Positions 60,042 to 64,000 of a stretch of DNA of 64,000 nt are shown in pieces. The translations under genes and the position numbers were made by a program. The DNA comes from Acidiferrobacterales bacterium (GTDB lineage Bacteria > Pseudomonadota > Gammaproteobacteria > Acidiferrobacterales > JAJDNE01): contig JAJDNE010000009.1 of the NCBI GenBank assembly GCA_022340825.1, forward strand, positions 10,849 to 74,848, written 5' to 3'. Numbering within the stretch: position 1 is the first letter of the stretch; every line of letters begins with the position of its first letter. The notes below the pieces were generated by a model, which did not search any database, had not been told where the DNA came from, and worked only from the letters and a program-made list of their open reading frames with translations.

Positions 60042-62105
60042 GTGAACCCGGATAGCCATACCGCGCTCCCCATCGGTTACTCCCTGGGTGAGTATGAGAT
60101 CGAATCCGTACTTGGCCATGGCGGCTTCGGTATAACTTACCTCGCCCATGACACACAACTTGGCACCCGGGTTGCCATCAAGGAATTTTTTCCGCAATCA
60201 CTGGCCTCCCGCGGTGATGACTGGGTTATTGAACCGATTGCTGACGACGAAGACCGCACTCGCTTTACCTTTGACTGGGGTCGGCAGCAATTCCTGAAAG
60301 AAGCGCAGGCACTCGGCAAGTTCAAACACAACAATATCGTGCGTGTATTGCGCTTCCTCGAGGCCAACGGCACGGCATACATGATTATGGAATACGAGGT
60401 CGGCCAGAGCCTGGCACGCATGCTGAAGATGCGTGGCGGCAAACTGGATGAACCCTCGTTGCTGCGCATTTTTATCCCCATCCTCAATGGTCTGCAGGCA
60501 GTTCATGAGGCCGGGCTTCTGCATCGAGATATCAAACCGGACAATATCTATTTGCGAGCCGATCACAGCCCGATACTGATCGACTTTGGCGCGGTTGGTC
60601 AGGCGACACAACCTGGAGCGGCCAACCAACCGGTTACGCTGACCCCGGCCTATGCCGCCGTCGAGCAATACCCGGGACAAGGTGACGAAGGTCCCTGGAC
60701 CGACATCTATTCCGTCGGTGCCAGCATGTACCGCTGTATCACCGGCGTGCAACCCGCCGGCGGATTCCAACGTTACGATGCCATCCGCAACTACCAGCCA
60801 GACCCGCTGATGCCGCTCATCGAACTGATGCCAGCGGGTTTCCCGGATTTTGTTCTCCAGTGCGTCGACTGGGCAATGCAGATTTATCCACGAAATCGGC
60901 CGCAAAGCGCGCGCGATATGCAGGATGGCCTGATGGCAAAGCGCAAGGCCCCGGGGGCAATCGCCACTCCGGCACCACCCCCGGCGACAGAGCCCGCGCC
61001 ACTTGCTGCCGGAAGCAAAGTCACACCGTCAGCGCCAAAGGAGCCAGTCGACCGGTTCCGGCTGGTGATCGCGGGGATGGGCCTGCTGTTGATCGTCGCC
61101 GCCACCGCCATCTGGCTGGACTATCGTGCCAAACCACAACACCTGGACACGGCACCGTCGGCGGCAGCGAGCAAAACAGAAATCGCACGACCGGTGTCGG
61201 TGAAGCCGGCAGTCAGCGCCACCGAGCCGGTCCGGCTGGTGCGCCACTTCAACGATTCCTCTGACCCGCTCGATGCCGTCGCCTTCTCCCCGGCCACTGA
61301 CCAGGTGGTTGCCGCAGCCCATGGTGGCGACCTGATTGTCTGGGACATTGCCAGCGGCAAGCCCCAGGGGCTCCTGAGCCGACACCGACACAACGTGAAT
61401 GCCCTGATGTCGCTCGGTGGCGCCCGAATCGCCGCCGGGGATGATGGTGGCAACATCCTGGTCTGGGACATGACCCGCAAAGAGCCGGTTCAGCGGCTCA
61501 ATGGCCACCGCGACGCCGTGGTCGCACTGGCGATTACACCTGATCAGCGCTGGCTCGCGAGCGCTGGCCGGGATCAGCAGGTTATCCTGTGGAGTCTCAA
61601 TGGTGGAAAGAATCGGGTGCTGTCCAACCGCCTGGGCCAGGTCTCGGCACTGGCCATCTCCCCTAACGGCCGTATCGTCGCCGCCGGCACCCGCCTCGGC
61701 GATATCTACCTGGTCGATCTGGAAACCGGCCGGGTACGGCAAACACTACAGTCTGACATTGGCGGCATTCAGACCCTTTGTTTCGCGCCCAATGGTGCCA
61801 AACTGGCCGCAGGCGGCCTGAGCCCGGAAATAACCGTGTGGCGGACCTCAGACGGCAAACTCAGCCGAAAACTGCAAAACCCCGGCGGTAGGGCCGTCTA
61901 CAGCCTGGCATTCTCCCCCGCCGGCAACCTGTTTGTCGGCGATGGCAGCGGCCTGATCACCCTCTGGGACACCGCACACGGCGAACTCAAGGATCGATTC
62001 CAGCGCCATCACGGGATCGTTCGCGATCTGGTATTTAGCCCCGACGGTAAGACCCTGGCCTCCGCCAGCAGTGATAAAACCCTGGGTTTATGGGCAGTTC
62101 GCTAG
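60042..62105 (+). CDS. Hanks-type Ser/Thr protein kinase - Pro/Ala linker - single TM - 7x WD40 beta-propeller
   Basis: 687 aa (GTG start): GHGGFGITY, VAIKEF, HRDIKPDNI, DFG; TM LVIAGMGLLLIVAATAIWL; then seven repeats of type ..FSPDG..LASAS.D.T..LW. Confidence 0.85.
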   Translation: MNPDSHTALPIGYSLGEYEIESVLGHGGFGITYLAHDTQLGTRVAIKEFFPQSLASRGDDWVIEPIADDEDRTRFTFDWGRQQFLKEAQALGKFKHNNIVRVLRFLEANGTAYMIMEYEVGQSLARMLKMRGGKLDEPSLLRIFIPILNGLQAVHEAGLLHRDIKPDNIYLRADHSPILIDFGAVGQATQPGAANQPVTLTPAYAAVEQYPGQGDEGPWTDIYSVGASMYRCITGVQPAGGFQRYDAIRNYQPDPLMPLIELMPAGFPDFVLQCVDWAMQIYPRNRPQSARDMQDGLMAKRKAPGAIATPAPPPATEPAPLAAGSKVTPSAPKEPVDRFRLVIAGMGLLLIVAATAIWLDYRAKPQHLDTAPSAAASKTEIARPVSVKPAVSATEPVRLVRHFNDSSDPLDAVAFSPATDQVVAAAHGGDLIVWDIASGKPQGLLSRHRHNVNALMSLGGARIAAGDDGGNILVWDMTRKEPVQRLNGHRDAVVALAITPDQRWLASAGRDQQVILWSLNGGKNRVLSNRLGQVSALAISPNGRIVAAGTRLGDIYLVDLETGRVRQTLQSDIGGIQTLCFAPNGAKLAAGGLSPEITVWRTSDGKLSRKLQNPGGRAVYSLAFSPAGNLFVGDGSGLITLWDTAHGELKDRFQRHHGIVRDLVFSPDGKTLASASSDKTLGLWAVR

Positions 62106-62189
62106 CCCGCCTGGCCAAGGGTTGATTTGCTGGCCCCCTGTCTCCATTAGTAATTCCTAATATATTCGCCATTTTTCAAGGAGTGCCTC

Positions 62190-62567
62190 ATGGCCACACT
62201 CGAAGTAACAAAAGACAATTTTTCCTCCACTGTAGATGGCAACGACCTGGTCGTTGTGGATTTCTGGGCCCCTTGGTGCGGTCCGTGCCAGTCGTTCGGA
62301 CCGGTCTATGAACAAATTTCCGAGAAACACGACGATGTTGTGTTTGCCAAGGTGAATACCGAAGCCGAGCAGGAGCTGGCTGCTCATTTCCAGATTCGCT
62401 CGATTCCGACCCTGATGATCCTGAAGGAACAGGTCGTCGTATTTGCCCAGCCTGGCGCCCTGCCCGGTTCGGCACTGGAAGACATTATCGGTAAAGCGAA
62501 GGAACTGGATATGGACAAGGTCCGTGCCGAAATCGCAGCCCAGGAAGGCGCACAAGGCAACGCCTGA
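62190..62567 (+). CDS. trx: Thioredoxin
   Basis: 125 aa, VVDFWAPWCGPCQSF active site. Confidence 0.9.
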   Translation: MATLEVTKDNFSSTVDGNDLVVVDFWAPWCGPCQSFGPVYEQISEKHDDVVFAKVNTEAEQELAAHFQIRSIPTLMILKEQVVVFAQPGALPGSALEDIIGKAKELDMDKVRAEIAAQEGAQGNA

Positions 62568-62657
62568 TCCGCGACCTGGCCCGGGGATTCCCCCGGGCCG
62601 CCGTCGGTAACCCAATCTCAACCTGAACCCTTTCCTGCGCGCCCGGTCTGATCGGGT

Positions 62658-63458
62658 ATGCGCAAATTCTCCCGTTCCTTTTTCGCGGCCGTGCTCACGC
62701 TGGGCATTGGCACCAGTTCGATCGCGCACGCTGGCAGCAAGCCGTGCTCGGTGCAAAGCGGTCAACAGCGTGTGGCCCTGGTGGAGCTATACACTTCCGA
62801 AGGTTGCAGCAGTTGTCCGCCTGCCGACAAATGGTTGAGCGGCCTGCCTGCTAGCGGACTCGGGCCGGACAAGGTCGTCCCGTTGGCGTTTCATGTCGAC
62901 TACTGGGATTACATTGGCTGGACCGACCCCTTCGCCAGGCCAGCGTATACCCGGCGACAGCGTGATACTGCCCAATTGAATAGCCTCAGGACCATCTACA
63001 CCCCGCAGGTGGTGGTCAACGGTCGCGACTTCAGGCACTGGTACTGGGAAAACAGGCTACGCAGCACCCTCGAGCGGATCAACCGATCACCCGCCGGGGC
63101 CAAGATCTCACTCTCGTTGCACGACATCAATAATCTGCAACTCCAGGCGCGAGGCAAGTTTGCCTTGCTGCCGCAGCAGTACCCGCATCGTACTGCTGCT
63201 TACATCGCGCTCTATCAGAATCGTCAATCCAGCACGGTGTCAGCGGGCGAGAATGCGGGAAAACAACTCAGGCACAACTATGTTGTACGCGAATTGCACG
63301 GGCCATTTGGTATCGGTAAAAATGGCATGATCGAAATTGATCAGACCATCAAGTTGAATCCTTCCTGGCGGCAGCGCGACATTGGCGTCGCTGCCTTTGT
63401 CCAGGACCAGAGCAATGGCGATATTCTGCAGGTGGTGGCGCGCTCCCTGTGCAAGTAA
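62658..63458 (+). CDS. DUF1223-family secreted protein
   Basis: Signal peptide and ELYTSEGCSSCPPADKWL motif. Confidence 0.75.
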   Translation: MRKFSRSFFAAVLTLGIGTSSIAHAGSKPCSVQSGQQRVALVELYTSEGCSSCPPADKWLSGLPASGLGPDKVVPLAFHVDYWDYIGWTDPFARPAYTRRQRDTAQLNSLRTIYTPQVVVNGRDFRHWYWENRLRSTLERINRSPAGAKISLSLHDINNLQLQARGKFALLPQQYPHRTAAYIALYQNRQSSTVSAGENAGKQLRHNYVVRELHGPFGIGKNGMIEIDQTIKLNPSWRQRDIGVAAFVQDQSNGDILQVVARSLCK

Positions 63459-63480
63459 CCCGCGAGCAGACCTGAAACGA

Positions 63481-63903
63481 TTATTTACAAGGGTAGAGTT
63501 TCTGCATGTCCTTGTACGCGCGGGTAACCAGTTGCCTCAACACCTTGCGATCGACGTCATCCAGCTTATTGAGATACAGGCAGGAAACAGATTTTTTATA
63601 CTTGCCCAGCTTGTCCAACAATGCCTGGTATTTGGAAAAACCGGGCATGATATAAACGGTTAGGTTCTGCTTGCGCGGCGAAAAGCCGGTCACCATCCAG
63701 TCACCTTCTCGTCCGGTCTGGTATTTGTAGTGATAGGTCCCGAACCCAACGATGCTGTCCCCCCACATCCTGGGCACTTTGCCGGTTACGGCCTTCATCA
63801 TGATCAGCAGTTCCTGGCTGTCCTTGCGTCGCTGCCCGTTCTCGACTGATCTCGGAAATACCGAGACGCTTTGTTTCGTAGGTTTGGTTTTGATCTCCGC
63901 CAT
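63481..63903 (-). CDS. DUF1801 (YdhG-like) domain protein
   Basis: 140 aa, good AGGAGA SD upstream, ..MWGDSIVGFGTYHYKY..GFSPRKQNLTVYI.. pattern. Confidence 0.65.
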   Translation of the reverse strand: MAEIKTKPTKQSVSVFPRSVENGQRRKDSQELLIMMKAVTGKVPRMWGDSIVGFGTYHYKYQTGREGDWMVTGFSPRKQNLTVYIMPGFSKYQALLDKLGKYKKSVSCLYLNKLDDVDRKVLRQLVTRAYKDMQKLYPCK

Positions 63904-64000
63904 ATCGAACTTCTCCTGAATCGTTCAAGTGACCGTGATAAACCACCTGGGCTTCATTCTCCCGAAATCCGTTCGCTTATTCTTCGCCAGTCCCTTCTTT

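Noticed and set aside
62578-62598. Perfect 9-bp GC hairpin GGCCCGGGG-att-CCCCGGGCC after the thioredoxin gene
   Set aside because: No U-tract follows, so it is not a canonical intrinsic terminator. It is a single copy in the window, so not demonstrably a REP-type repeat.

Overview
Densely coding 64-kb chromosomal window. Its gene content fits a chemolithoautotrophic sulfur-oxidising (gamma)proteobacterium; this taxon is inferred from content only (soxXYZA/soxB, tusA-dsrE2, yeeE, phosphoribulokinase, Tol-Pal/RuvCAB synteny). Left to right: a truncated HAMP-GAF-PAS sensor; argG; a pdh-type operon whose last gene is an uninterrupted E2-E3 fusion; argD-argF; c-di-GMP signalling proteins and ABC proteins. 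Next comes an accessory-looking block at about 21.9-34.4 kb. It places side by side xpt, a DLH-type hydrolase, two paralogous orphan phosphoribosyltransferases, a ribosome hibernation factor, the three-gene AmmeMemoRadiSam system, archease-RtcB RNA ligase, class II ribonucleotide reductase, Bcp, PIN-PhoH and an orphan ParA. Three near-consensus FNR/CRP-type boxes sit at class-II promoter spacing in front of three operons of this block, which suggests a low-oxygen/stasis regulon. This is my best candidate for an undescribed system. After it: an AT-rich 3-gene islet, a LysR regulator, a PilT-like ATPase, tusA-dsrE2, an M48 protease, soxXYZA + soxB (no soxCD), phosphoribulokinase, thpR + tRNA-Lys(UUU), a YeeE-type transporter, queCE, the complete ybgC-tolQRAB-pal-cpoB cluster, ruvCAB, yebC, a PAP2 phosphatase, a Ser/Thr kinase-TM-WD40 protein, thioredoxin, DUF1223 and DUF1801. 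No rRNA, CRISPR array, transposase or integrase was recognised. All functional calls come from motif/family recognition by eye on the supplied translations and sequence; no database search or computation was run.
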